From Eledone cirrhosa (taxonomy: Eukaryota): 64,000 bases of DNA. The position numbers and the translations under genes are program-made. The notes under the pieces are model-generated. The model ran no database searches and had not been told where the DNA came from. It saw only the letters and a program-made list of their open reading frames with translations. This document shows positions 28,394-43,864 of the stretch, piece after piece. Each line of letters opens with the position of its first letter. Position 1 is the stretch's first letter. The stretch spans positions 214,334,001 through 214,398,000 of the forward strand of contig OZ024743.1 in NCBI GenBank assembly GCA_964016885.1. Reading direction: 5' to 3'.

Positions 28394-28466
<73 letters not shown>

Positions 28467-28469
28467 TGT

Positions 28470-30660
28470 TAGTCCCTCATCAGTGATCTTCCAACCATCA
28501 TTGGTATTTCATCGCTTTAAAGACCATATATCTCCGGTTGGTACGAGCAACGGCTAAAAGAAGTCGTTGGGACACGTAAATAAAGGGGACACGAGTGTAA
28601 ACAAACACAGTTTGTGAATTCGGTGAACGTAAGTTCTGCGAAATCGTAGACGAGAGAGAGAAAAAAAGCGACCTGCCAGACAAAGGGTGCGAATGTAAAG
28701 GATTACGCAGAGGTCAAATGGGAAGAAGGAGGGGGAGGAGAGATAATAACAGAGAATGGGTGAGTGAAGGGTGAGGAAGGGGCTAACAGAGAGAGTGACT
28801 GCTAGAGATGGTAAAGATACAGAGAAAGAGGAAGTAGTAAGAACGAAATAGACGTGTTACAGCGGGGAAAAAAATATGTGTAAATATGAGAATAAACGTG
28901 CTGCGTGGTTGCTAATGGGTTACATATGAATAAAGTTAGTCCTTTATCAGTGATCTTCCAACCATCATTTGTATTTCATCGTTTTAAAAACCATATACCG
29001 CCGGTTGGAGCGAGCAACGGCTAAAGAAGTCGTTGGGACACGTAAATAAAGGGGACACGAGTGTAAACAAACAAAGATGGTGAAGCAACGAAAAGTGAGG
29101 AAGAAGGAGTCAAGTCCCAAATTTCTATGAATATAAATTCGGTGAAATCGTGAAGGAGAGAGAATAAAGACCATCAAACCTGGTTGGAATGTGAGCAAGG
29201 AAGGAATTCCGTACAGGTCTAACGGGAGGAAGAAGGGATCTAGTCTGTGAATTCGGTGACCGTACGTTCTCTGAAATCGTAGACGAGAGAGAGAAAAAAA
29301 GCGACCTGCCAGACCAAGGGTGCGAAAGAAAAGGATTACGCAGAGGTCAAATGGGAAGAAGGAGGGGGAGGAGAGGTAATAACAGAGAATGAGTGAGTGA
29401 AGGGTGAGGACGGGCCTAACAGAGAGAGTGACTGCTAGAGATGGTAAAGATATAGAGAAAGAGAAAGCAGTAAGAACGAAATAGACGTGTCACAGCGGGG
29501 AAAAAAATATGTGTAAATATGAGAATAAAGTGCTGCGTGGTTGCTAATGGGTTACATATGAATAAAGTTAGTCCTTCATCAGTGATCTTCCAACCATCAT
29601 TGGTATTTCATCGTTTTAAAAACCATATACCGCCAGTTGGAGCGAGCAACGGCTAAAAAAAGTCGTTGGGACACGTAAATAAAGGGGACACGAGTGTAAA
29701 CAAACAATGATGGTGAAGCAACGAAAAGTGAGGAAGAAGGAGTCAAGTCCCAAAATTTCTATGAATATAAATTCGGTGAAATCCTGAACGAGAGAGAATA
29801 CAGACCATCAAACCTGGTTGGAATGTGAGCAAGGAAGTAATTACGTACAGGTCTAATGGGGGGAAGAAGGGATCTAGTCCGTGAATTCGGTGAACGTACG
29901 TTCTGTGAAATCGTAGACGAGAGAGAGAAAAAAAGCGACCTGCCAGACCAAGGGTGCGAAAGAAAAGGATTACGCAGAGGTCAAATGGGAAGAAGGAGGA
30001 GGAGGAGAGGTAGTAACCGAGAATGAGTGAGTGAAGGATGAGGAAGAGGCTAAGAGAGAGAGTGACTGCTAGAGAGGGTAAAGATACAGAGAATGAGGAA
30101 GCAGTAAGAACGAAATAGACGGGTCACAGCGGGGAAAAAATGTGTAAATATGAGATCCCTTCTTCCTCCCGTTAGACCTATACGGAATTCCTTCCTTGCT
30201 CACATTCTAACCAGGTTTGACGGTCTTTATTCTCTATCGTTGAAGATTTCACCGAATTTATATTCATAGAAATTTGGGACTTGACTCCTTCTTCCTCAAT
30301 TTTCGTTGCTTCACCATCTTTGTTTGTTTACACTCGTGTCCCCTTTATTTACGTGTCCCAACGACTTTTTTAGCCGTTGCTCGCACCAACCGGAGGTATA
30401 TGGTCTTTAAAGCGATGAAATACCAATGATGGTTGGAAGATCACTGATGAAGGACTAACTTTATTCGTATGTAACCCATTAGCAACCACGCAGCACGTTT
30501 ATTCTCATATTTACACATATTTTTTTCCCCGCTGTGACCCGTCTATTTCGTTCTTACTGCTTCCTCTTTCTCTGCATCTTTTCCCTCTCTCGCAGTCACT
30601 CTCTCTGTTAGCCTCTTCCTCACCCTTCACTCACTCATTCTCTGTTACTACCTCTCCTTA
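28470..30660. repeat. ~630-bp tandem repeat (3 units, first internally deleted) followed by an inverted unit
   Basis: agtcc..atcagtgatcttccaaccatcatt at ~28471, 28938 and 29570; 30154-30660 is the reverse complement of unit sequence. Confidence 0.92.
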
Positions 30661-30728
30661 CATATGTCCCAAGCCTCTGATACCTTCAACACTATAAACA
30701 CACAGCTGGCATATCTAGGAACTGACTA

Positions 30729-30784
30729 ATTGCCTGATGAGGCCATAGCCATTCAATGGCTATCATCGAAATATATATAGCAAT
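30729..30784 (+). ncRNA. Minimal type I hammerhead ribozyme motif
   Basis: attgc-CTGATGA-ggcc atagccat tca atggctat catc-GAAA-TATATA-TA-gcaat, followed by AATAAA. Confidence 0.75.
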
Positions 30785-30909
30785 AAATAAAGGATTAAGA
30801 GTTCATGCAATTGAATTATGTTACGTCACAAATATATATATATATGTATGTATATATATATACATGTATGTATATATATATATATGATGTATATATATGT
30901 ATATATATG

Positions 30910-31019
<110 letters not shown>

Positions 31020-31039
31020 ATAGAGAGTGATGTATGGAG

Positions 31040-31348
31040 ATAACTTTCTTTATTAGCCACAAGGGCACAAAAGAAGGGGACAAATACAAATGGGGAGTTT
31101 ACATATAGGTATATACAAATAAAACTATTAATAACATAACAAATAACAATTGATATCCCCAATACGGGGGTGGGGGGTGGGAGGCGTTACACAGGGGTTG
31201 TACACACCCCGAACAAAATGTACAACCCTCATCTCCAAGAGCCCCAAGTGTGAGTACTCCCTTCCTCACTTCCTCTTTTTCCTCAATCTACAGGCTTAAT
31301 TAGATAGAAGACCCAACCACTCGGGCCATCTTTGCCACATTCACCCAC
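31040..31348 (-). mobile_element. 3'-terminal fragment of the Tx1-like family
   Basis: Reverse complement matches ~21445-21720 (ORF2 end and 3' UTR); the tail runs into (TATC)/(TC)n. Confidence 0.88.
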
Positions 31349-31438
31349 AGAGAAAGGTAGACCGAAGATTGATGGATAGCTACTGCAGGAACGATGAACA
31401 TCTCAACAGAACGTGGTCGTCATATAAATTTGAATTTT

Positions 31439-31499
<61 letters not shown>

Positions 31500-31505
<6 letters not shown>

Positions 31506-32315
31506 AATGTGTGTAATCCTTAGTACAATTAGGTATATTAAGACAGAGGGGAAGAAAAAATGGCTACACTTGAGCTTTCAACAAATTTATTTTCTTCACA
31601 AAATCCAAAAAGAATTTTTTTTCCGAATTAGAAAAAATCTTTTTCTTAAAAAAAATTATTTTATAAATTAAGTTGTTGGTTGTTGGTTAGGTCTTAGGAG
31701 TTCTTGGTTAACGTAGGAGGTATTGTTTCGTTTTCAGAACGACCTTTCACGCTGAGGTGCCCTTGTCAAACTGATGTGTATGTGGTGTGTTGTTCGATAT
31801 ATAGGGATTTAACATGTCTGTGTTGTGGTGGGGGTTTCTTTTCTCCCCCTTTAATAGGTGTATGGGTGTAGGTGTGTTGAAAAAGTGGTAATAGCAGTAA
31901 TGTGTTCAGACGGTGAGTTGGGTTGTGTGGGGAGAAATGTAGCAAGTGCGGCCTGCCCCGGTCATTCTCGAAAAATTCCTTTATTCAGGGGAAAAAGCTT
32001 TTAGTATTGCTTTTGTGTTGAGAATGGTCACAGGCAAATCGCACCTGCCAAGTTTGTAAATAATAATTATTTTTTTTTTTTCTGAAGAATTTTTCTACGT
32101 CCATCCCAAAATTAGTCCTTTGTTCAACACACACATATGTGCGCATATACGTACATACACAAACGGGCATATGTAGGAATATATAGGCACACGCTATCAA
32201 TCACACACCCATGTACAAATACATCCACATACATACACAAAAACATATAGAGACACATAAAAACACATATACACATACGTACACACACGAATATGTACTC
32301 ATACCTCCACATGGG

Positions 32316-32391
<76 letters not shown>

Positions 32392-32656
32392 CACACATAT
32401 ACACATACACACATATATATACACACACACATATATATAAATATATATAAATACATATACATACATACACATACATACATATACACACATAAAGATACAT
32501 AACTAAATATACATATATACACATACACGCACACATATACACACACGTGTACACACACACACACACACACGTGTACACACACACACACACACACACATAT
32601 ACATATGTCCGTATATATACCTCCGTTCACACATACATGCATACACACACACACAT

Positions 32657-32699
<43 letters not shown>

Positions 32700-32835
32700 C
32701 ATCTACATACATACATACATATACACATACAGAAACATACACATATGTACACACATATATACATATATGCACATACATACACACACACATATATATATAT
32801 AGGTACACACACATATAAACATATATATCTATCTA

Positions 32836-32879
<44 letters not shown>

Positions 32880-32926
32880 TATATACAAACATACATACAT
32901 ATACATATACATATATATACACACAT

Positions 32927-32971
<45 letters not shown>

Positions 32972-34437
32972 TACACACATACACACATCCATACATATAT
33001 ATACACACACGCACATACACACACCCACATACATATATACCCACACGTACATACATCCATACATACCTACACACATATATGTGTGTGTCTCACCGTTCAC
33101 TCAGATATTCATGTGTATACATAAGAAGAGGGGGGGGGGGTAGTGAAATGGAATTTTACCTCCGAGTGTTAATTCATTTTTTCGTGTTCAGTAGTGGTTT
33201 AAATTTTTCAATGAAGAATTCTCCTCTATATCTGCGGAAATGTTCGTTATCCGACCATATCTTGAAGAAAGGGAAGATTGTGAATTTTCCCTTCCCGCAT
33301 GATGCAAAGTGTGCGCTACATGTGGTATATCTGACTGTGGGGTCTTTAATTTGTTGTTTATGTACCCGGACTCTATCATGTAATCCCGTTCCGGTTTCCC
33401 CAATGTAATACTCTTTACACTGTGGACATGTTGCGCAATATATTAGGTTTTTCGTTTTGCAGTTGATGTTAGCATTGACCTTGAAATTATCATGGTTTTT
33501 GAAGGACAACTGTTTGCCTTCTTCGATGAGTTCACAGGTTCCACATCTAGTGTCCCCGCATTTCGTCACTTGCATTGATTCCATGTTGGTCGTAAATTTT
33601 GCCTTGGTAATTTGTTTTTTAAGGTGGGGTGCTTGGCGTCTGCTATAAATTATCTGTGTGTTTTTTAAGAGTGCATTCATTTTGGTAGATTGCTGTAGAA
33701 TCGGGAGATACTGCTTAGCAGTTTTCACAATGTTGATGGTCCCTGGGTTGTGAGTGATGGCAAAAGAGATAGCAGGGTTTTCTTTTTTATGTTGTGGGTT
33801 TAGTTTTCTCAGTGTTGTTATTGGGATGTTTTTAGCATTGGAGATGGCTGCGTTGATGAGTTTCATCGGGTATTCTTGTTTTTTCAGGTCACATAATCTT
33901 TTTTCTTGTAGTACGGGGTGTGTTGCTATAGTGCAGATGCGCCTTGCCATGTTGAAGGGAATGTTCCTTTTCGTATGTGAGGAGTGTGCTGACCGGAAAT
34001 TTAAGTATTGGTGTGTGTCAGTGGGTTTGCAAAATAGGTCCGTTATGATATTTTCCCCTTCTTTAATGATGAGGATATCTAGAAAGGGCAGTTCCTTTTA
34101 GTTACATTCCATAGTGAATTGTATAGCTTCATGAAGCCTGTTTAGGATCGAATAAAATTTGTGTAGGTCTGTTTGGCTTCTGTTCCAACACACCACATAC
34201 ACATCAGTTTGACAAGCGCACCTCAGCGTGAAAGGTCGTTCTAAAAACGAAACAATACCTCCTACGTTAACCAAGAACTCCTAAGACCTAACCAACAACC
34301 AACAACTTAATTTATAAAATAATTTTTTTTAACAAAAAATTTTTTACTAATCCGGAAAAAAAAATTCTTTTTGGATTTTGTGAAGAAAATAAATTTGTTG
34401 AAAGCACAAGTGAAGCCTTTTTTTCTTCCCCCCTGTC

Positions 34438-34445
<8 letters not shown>
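31500..34445 (-). mobile_element. 5'-truncated Penelope-like element (Neptune-like) with inverted 5' pLTR
   Basis: Coding ~34188-33174: IQFTME..*KELPFLDI...KPTDTHQYLNFRSAH, KCGDTRCGTC linker, NLIYCATCPQCKEYYIGET...RVRVH...H...E..FIEKFKPLLN; 34186-34445 is an inverted copy of ~31535-31792. Confidence 0.9.
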
Positions 34446-34510
<65 letters not shown>

Positions 34511-34541
34511 CACTACCGAATATTTTGGTAGATTTATCTAC

Positions 34542-34596
<55 letters not shown>

Positions 34597-35706
34597 TGTG
34601 TGTATGTGATTATGTATGTATATATGTATATATATATACATATGTGTGTCTGCGCGTGTGTGTGTGTGTGTGTATAAACGTTTTCCTGTTAATGGATTAT
34701 AACTTTAGTCTATGCGGCTGTAACCCTATGTACAAAGCAAACAGCGTATGCGTACTGTAGACAGTACCGTTAGTTATTTGGAATCGAGCTGCCAAATAAG
34801 TGATTTACTAAGTTTCAAAATAGCTTCAGGACAGATTGATTTTTATGGCTTCTGATTCAATAGCGACTGGCTGGTGCAAAAGTTATGTTGTGATCAATGT
34901 AGCAAACATCATTAAAATCTATCATTGTCTATAAAGATCGATATGTAGAATTATGTAATACAATTTCGTAAAAATATATACGTTCCTGAAAACACTTTTC
35001 ATCGCACCATTTTAAACATCATTTTAGACATCACGTTTAAACATCATAATCTAAATACATCTGTGTATGTGTGTATGGATTTTCCTTGTTTTGTGTTTCC
35101 CAGACTTTCATAAGTGCATAACCGTGATGCTCACAGAGTATATACATCGTTATGAGTATATACATCAATTATATTATTTTCTCACATATTATAGGTATAT
35201 TCCAGTGCTCATGCAGGCTAATGAGTTCATTTCCTATATACCATGATATGGTAAAATATTTTATTGTAATTTGATAACCTATCATTTTCTATCACATGTT
35301 CCATATGTTTTGCGTTTAATTTACCTTGTAAAAAATATATTTGTTAATATTTCTCCCTCTAAATCTTGACATGGAAATACGTGGTATATTATATCCCTAC
35401 ATGTGCCGATCCATTAAACATATATTTTCTACTATATATTCAGAATATCAATTGTCTCTTCCATTTATTCTCATGCGTAAAACATTTGTAAACCCTACTG
35501 ATTTTGCGTCAGGATCACGAATATGAGTGTGGTGAATCACTCCGTGACAATGTTATTTTTCTCCGAGTGTCCAGCTGAGATTCTATCACGTATTTCTGTT
35601 CCAGTTTGGACGCAGGGTATTCGACTGTTGAACAAATGTCTTTTAAGGAGTGCAAAACATCATTATACACATTGTATAATCCAATGTATAACAAATAGTG
35701 CATCAG

Positions 35707-35769
<63 letters not shown>

Positions 35770-35812
35770 GTATATATATATATGTATATATGTATATATA
35801 TGTATATATATG

Positions 35813-35845
<33 letters not shown>

Positions 35846-35872
35846 GTATATATATGTGTATGTATATATATG

Positions 35873-35903
<31 letters not shown>

Positions 35904-35904
35904 G

Positions 35905-35972
<68 letters not shown>

Positions 35973-36051
35973 CATACATATATATATATATATACATATA
36001 TATATACACATATATATACATACACACATATATATATATATATATATATAT

Positions 36052-38925
36052 CAAAAACGTTAAGCTCAGAAAGAAACACCAATGCAGCAATCCATTCTTA
36101 ACGTCCCTTGATACACTAATAACTAAGATTTAAGAATGACCCGCACCTCTTCGTCACCTCCGACAAAACCAAAAAGCTGTACAAGATGGACGCGAGTGAG
36201 TATAAAAAATTCATCTATAAGGAACTACACAAAGACTACAAAAAGACACCCTCTAGTACCCTAAGTGACATAAATAGAGTAGGGAAGGATATAGTCACCA
36301 GCTTAGAAATAGAAAAGTACACTAACCCGTACGTCCCTCTGACGCCTAAATTCTCTCTTAAGGATCACAAATATGACTTTAATGAAAGCCCCTCTATTAG
36401 ACTAATATGCCCCTCTACATCAGATATAGGTAAGATTAGTAAAGTGATCCTCGACAGAGTACTACTCGAGCTTAATAGAAAGGCTAATGTCTGCCTCGGG
36501 GGCAACACCGACCAGGTCATAAATTGGTTCACCAAGTTGCCGGATAAAGCCACCCTGAAATTCATCCAGTTTGATATAGATAGCTACTACGCCTCTATCT
36601 CCCCCATACTCTTAAATAAGGCACTTATCTTAGCTAGATCTAACACTAGCCTCACTAAAAAAGAAATATACATAATTCTAGCGGCACGTAGAACCATTAT
36701 CCAGTTCGAAGGCTCCCACTAGACCAGAACCAACCGTCCTGATAACTTCGCTGTCACGATGGGGTCCAGTGACTCAGCGCAAGCAACTGACCTGGTTGGG
36801 ATATACCTCCTACATAAGCTTAGGGAAGAAATACCGGCCCTACAAGGAGGTGTATATAGGGACGACGCCCTGTTTACCGTTAGGAACCATAGCCCCCGTA
36901 GGATAGAGAACCTTAACAAACATATACACAGGTTCTTTAAGTCATACGGCCTATCCGTAACTATGGACCTCAACCACAGGGTTGTCAACTTCCTGGACGT
37001 GACCCTGGAGTTGAGTACGGGCTTATACAAGCCATACCATAAGCCTGGAGAGTGCCTCTCTTATATTAATTATGCCTCCAACCACCCTAAGCAGACTCTC
37101 AACTCCATAGTCTATAGTATCTCACATAGAATCTCGAGGCTATCCGCCAATGAGTATATCTTCAACCAAGCGGCTGATTACTACAATAGGGCCCTGATAA
37201 GCGCCGGCTTTAACCGAGGAATTTCCTACATCCCTAACGCTAGCTCTAGAAACCACCCCCTCATAAAACTAGCGTTATAGTAAGCCATACCTATAACCGA
37301 TCACGCGGCGACCTCGTTGAAGTCGGATATAATAGAATAGATAACCGCACCAAAGATCACGTCCCCGGCGACGGTGAACAGTGTAGATTACTCAAACTAT
37401 TCCCCTATTACAAAACCAACAAAGGCGACGGCCTACTACCAACGCCTTCCAACCAACATCTTTGTGTACATAAACATGGAAGAGGTAGAAAGAGTGCACC
37501 CGAGCATAAAGTGAAAGGGGCACCGAACGGGTGACAACGCATTAACACACATAAGAGCGGTCACTTAGATGGAACCACCCGTAGCAAAAGTACAAGGACA
37601 CGTAATCGCCACCGTAACGTCATATGGTTCCACCCCCCTACTCTCGGAGTGTGGCCTCCAACATACTCCGGATATTCTTCGAAGCCTTAGAGAAGAACTT
37701 CCCACCCAACCATAGGTATAGAAAAACTCTTAACAGGAACAATATAAAAATATCCTTCTCTACTACTCCTAACCTAGCAGACATCATAGGAACAACGAAC
37801 CACAGTAAGATCACCAAGACACAGCACCTCGACACAGACGCCCCTACACCTGACAATAACTATATCGGCCTTAACAACTCCCTGACAGCATCCAATAGTG
37901 TTGGCAACGGCATCCGCAGACGCTACCAGAATGACCGCGAAGTGACTGGGGAACACGCAGAACATGACGTGCGGAATAACAATCGCACCATCCCGCGTGC
38001 TGTGGGTTGTAATTGTGCTAACGACAGCTGCGGTAGCGTAGGTAACAACGTAGGCAGCAACAATGATAGCCTTACCGTGGGAAATAGACGGAACCGCGAC
38101 AGAAATTGCAACTGCCGCGACAGAGGACGCTGCCCCCTTAGAGGATACTGCTTGACTGATAGGGTTATATATAGATGCACTATTACTAGCCACAATAGCG
38201 TTAAACATTATATAGGGGCCACCTCCGGCCCGTTCAAAATTAGGTTTCGAACACATCTCCACTCTTTCACAAATAGAAAACTAAGGCACTCCACTTCGCT
38301 CGCGGACTACATCACATCACTAAAGGACTTAAACATCAGCTTCTCCACGCACTGGGAGATTGTCGGCAGGGCTGCACCGTACAACTTCAAGAGGAAATGC
38401 GATCTTTGCCTCATGGAGCTCTACCACATCATAACTGCACCCTACGAGCTCATCAACAGCAGAGCTGAAACAGCGATAAGTTGTACGCATCGCTTAAAAA
38501 TATCCTTCTTTAGATGGGTTAAGAATGAAGAGTGAAATAGTACACTGGATCTCCCTGCAACAAGTCTTAACACCACGGCGGGCAGGCGCAGCAAAATAAC
38601 ACCCAGAAAGCAATCCTTGCATACCAGACCCAGCCTCAGACAAACGGATGCGGGAAAAAAAAAAAAAAAAAAATTATCCGGGAAAGACTGCCCTAACACC
38701 GGCCAGAGTTACCTCCCTTGACCTGCTGCAAAATCAAAACAAGATATTTTTGCGAGCAATGAATCTTGATGTAGATTTAACCCCCAAAGCTCTTTCCGAA
38801 CTATATAACGAACACTTGTGATTATTTATGCCCTTGAGAAGCCCAACTGGGCGAAACGTACGTAGATGATATTTTAAATAAACATGTTTTAACGGTCTAT
38901 TCTCCGATTTTTTTACATTTCCACG

Positions 38926-38926
<1 letters not shown>
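36052..38926 (+). mobile_element. 5'-truncated Penelope-like element (putative Hydra-like), RT + GIY-YIG
   Basis: SDKT, KDHK, IRLICP, FDIDSYY, TMGSSDSAQATDLVG, GVYRDD, NFLDVTL; CNCRDRGRCPLRGYC, VIYRC...HYIGAT, CDLCLME, LINSRAE..CTH; stop at 36720 and frame breaks at 37280-37624. Confidence 0.92.
38828..38868 (+). ncRNA. Variant hammerhead-like motif in PLE 3' terminus
   Basis: ccTTGAGAA-gccc aact gggc-GAAA-CGTACG (palindromic)-TA; core deviates from CUGANGA and stem I is weak. Confidence 0.45.
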
Positions 38927-38973
<47 letters not shown>

Positions 38974-39006
38974 TATACATATATACATATATATATATAT
39001 AGTTTA

Positions 39007-39042
<36 letters not shown>

Positions 39043-39290
39043 TAAACTGATGCACTATTTGTTATACATCGGATACAACGTGTATAATGATGTTTTGTAC
39101 TCCTTAAAAGAGATTTGTTCAACAGTCGAATACCCTGCGTCCAGACTGGAACAGAAATACGTGATAGAAACTCAGCTGGACACTTGGAGAAGAGATAACA
39201 TTGTCGCGGAGGGATTCACCACACTCATATTCATGATCCTGACGCAAAATCAGTAGGGTTTACAAATGTTTTACGCATATATATGTATAT

Positions 39291-39480
39291 GAAGGCGTGT
39301 GGCAGAGTTGTTAGTGAGGTTGTGAGCTCGATTCACTGACAATCGGGCGATGTATTCTTACCTTGAGCAAGTCATTTTATTTCACATTGATCCTTCTGCC
39401 TGGATTTGCGACACGTAGATAATATTAGCCATTGCGAAGACCGATGGAAACATTGTTTCCTCGTTCCGATTTGACGAACT
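39291..39480 (+). mobile_element. Degenerate tRNA-derived SINE, family B
   Basis: ggcgtgTGGCAGAGTTG A-box-like, gagctcgattc B-box-like, ccttgagcaagtcattttatttcacattg core shared (inverted) with 55075-55196. Confidence 0.55.
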
Positions 39481-39794
39481 CCACCCCATTCATTAAACGA
39501 ATGAGACCTGAGATCTTGTTGATCGACTATTATATATATATTCAACTATCTAGCTCGTCAAAGAATCTTATATTGCACTTTTGAATGTGACTATTTTTCT
39601 ATCTAGATGTATGTCCAGCGTTTCAGATATTATTGCCTTGTGAATAAAGGGTATCTATACATATCTTTCTGTCTGTTTATAGAGTAATATTTCCATAGTA
39701 CCGCTATTTTCGATATCCAGCAGGATCTGCAGTATAACTGAATTTATCAACCTGATTTCCATGTGGTGCATACGTAAAGAATATATACTGTATA

Positions 39795-39826
<32 letters not shown>

Positions 39827-39841
39827 CATATATATATATAT

Positions 39842-39918
<77 letters not shown>

Positions 39919-41376
39919 GCGTGTCTATTAATTTTGGCATGAAGAATTATTCCATTAAATCACATGTGTATGATTCTACTGAATTCTATGCAAAGATATT
40001 GTTAATGAATTGTAATTTTCTATTAAATGTACAATTGAAACAAATATCTATTGGCATTTTTTAGTTATACACAAAGTATAATTTCAATAAATTACCAGCA
40101 TTTCCATAAATTTGGAATCAATTAAGAATAAAATATTTGGAATGTTTCGGGGTAAATTTGATTTTAGTCGGCAGAATTTTATGACAGCAAGGAAACTGTT
40201 AAGTCTTACTGGATTGGTAGAGACTATTCGATTCTTCAATGTTCGTTGGAGAATGTCGCAATAGGTAAGTTGCTATTTGTAATAGAATGGATATATTTGT
40301 CAAGGCGGAGATTAAATGTATAGGTTCTTCTGTTTAGTGTTTATTTTCATGTGTTTTTGGTTGAGTCTATTATATATTTATAGAGGCATTGATATTTGAA
40401 TGCTTGATGTACCATACCGTTTGTAGCTTTCAAGTTAGTCTCAGTTTTATATGCATGTGTTACCTACACTTTTGATGGATTGCATTAAAACTATTCTATG
40501 AATCCTCAAAGCCTTGGATCCTGTTGTAGCAGTCTGTGAAATACGAATATTGCTAGTTGTTTCAATTTAATATGGATGTCTCTGATTATCAAACACTAAT
40601 TTATCTTTGCATTACAATATTTATATAATGATATTTACTTCACTATATTTACCATTGATGTGTGTAGCAACATATATTTAAGCACTATGACACTATGGAA
40701 CGAATGTGGATTGTATACATACTCGAATACATATTTCACACATCATAAGAGTGATTAATTTCCTATTTGTAACTAATATACGATATCACACACACGAAGC
40801 TTACAATATTGAAATTAAATAACCACATATAATTTAGAATGAACATAATTTAACTGAGTGCATGTATTTGCTATACAATCTTGAAGCTATCAAAATGTTT
40901 AAATTTACTTTGCAATATTGTAGAAAAATATTAGTATATTACATAATTGATGCATGATAATTACAAGTATAAGACATTTAAATCTTTAAATGTTGAGTGA
41001 ATTGTATTACATCATTAGTCATTTATTTTACACTATATTTGTAAATAATTAAATATATTACGCGTTAATATTAATTTCTTAAAATGTTTATCAATAAGTA
41101 TAATGCTTCAAATATTCCTTGACGCCAGCAAACGTTACACTATGTATTCATTTCATTCATAGCTGTGAATTTAATCACATAAACATTCCCTAATTACAAC
41201 TAACGCGTACAAACACATGTACAGAGACATATCTGTGTAGTGAGAGTTAACCCTCATTCGACATGGTGCTGTATAAAATATTTTATGATGTTTTTTATAA
41301 CATTTACTGGAGCAAATAACCCTGGGTCTAGCACCACTAAATCTGTATATGTATATATAGATCATATATATATCAA

Positions 41377-43553
<2,177 letters not shown>

Positions 43554-43724
43554 GTATATATGTATGTAAATATATATATATAACCAAAAGTTTAACAAGG
43601 TTCATTGATTAGTCAATGAATAAAGTTTTACAATATTTTAGAAGCACTCAACAATAGGTTTTCTGGAGTTAAAAATATTACTCCCAAATATTAATAAATA
43701 TAGACATTCATGTGATCAAATATA

Positions 43725-43786
43725 TTTTATTATACATATTTCAGAGGTACTGATCTATTTCAACAGTACGTCCTCATCAGATAAAA
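43725..43786 (-). ncRNA. Minimal hammerhead ribozyme motif in a solo pLTR-like fragment
   Basis: Minus strand ttttat-CTGATGA-ggac gtactg...cagtac ctct-GAAA-TATGTA-TA-ataaaa. Confidence 0.7.
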
Positions 43787-43864
43787 TAAATTGATGTCTG
43801 ACATACCACAACTGTGCAGATGGTTCAATTCCAGTCTTGGAACAATTCCAGTCTTCAACACCAG

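Larger units (their letters stand above)
27986..28397. repeat. Palindromic inverted pLTR (27986-28315) plus tail
   Basis: Arms are near-perfect reverse complements around tagtgcagttttaaatcaacatatgttgatttaaaactgcacta; embedded in (TA)n. Confidence 0.88.
35473..39278. mobile_element. Fold-back/MITE-like element: ~235-bp inverted arms (35473-35709, 39044-39278) split by a PLE insertion
   Basis: Arms are highly similar reverse complements (ORFs 35515-35703 - and 39038-39256 + are near-identical); residual centre agtttatgca(TA)n tgcataaact at 39001-39048. Confidence 0.8.

Noticed and set aside
30400-30460. SECIS or C/D snoRNA reading of the ATGA...CTGA block
   Set aside because: Helix II spacing and apical AA do not fit a SECIS; too short and imperfect for a C/D snoRNA.
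33174-38535. Selenoprotein-encoding (Naiad-type) PLE
   Set aside because: The endonucleases are C-terminal, the in-frame stops I checked are TAA/TAG rather than TGA at Cys positions, and no convincing SECIS is visible.
39700-39760. Possible host exon encoding [15 protein letters not shown] (cuticle R&R-like YTAD..G)
   Set aside because: Only 15 aa, weak acceptor and no partner exons; likely chance.
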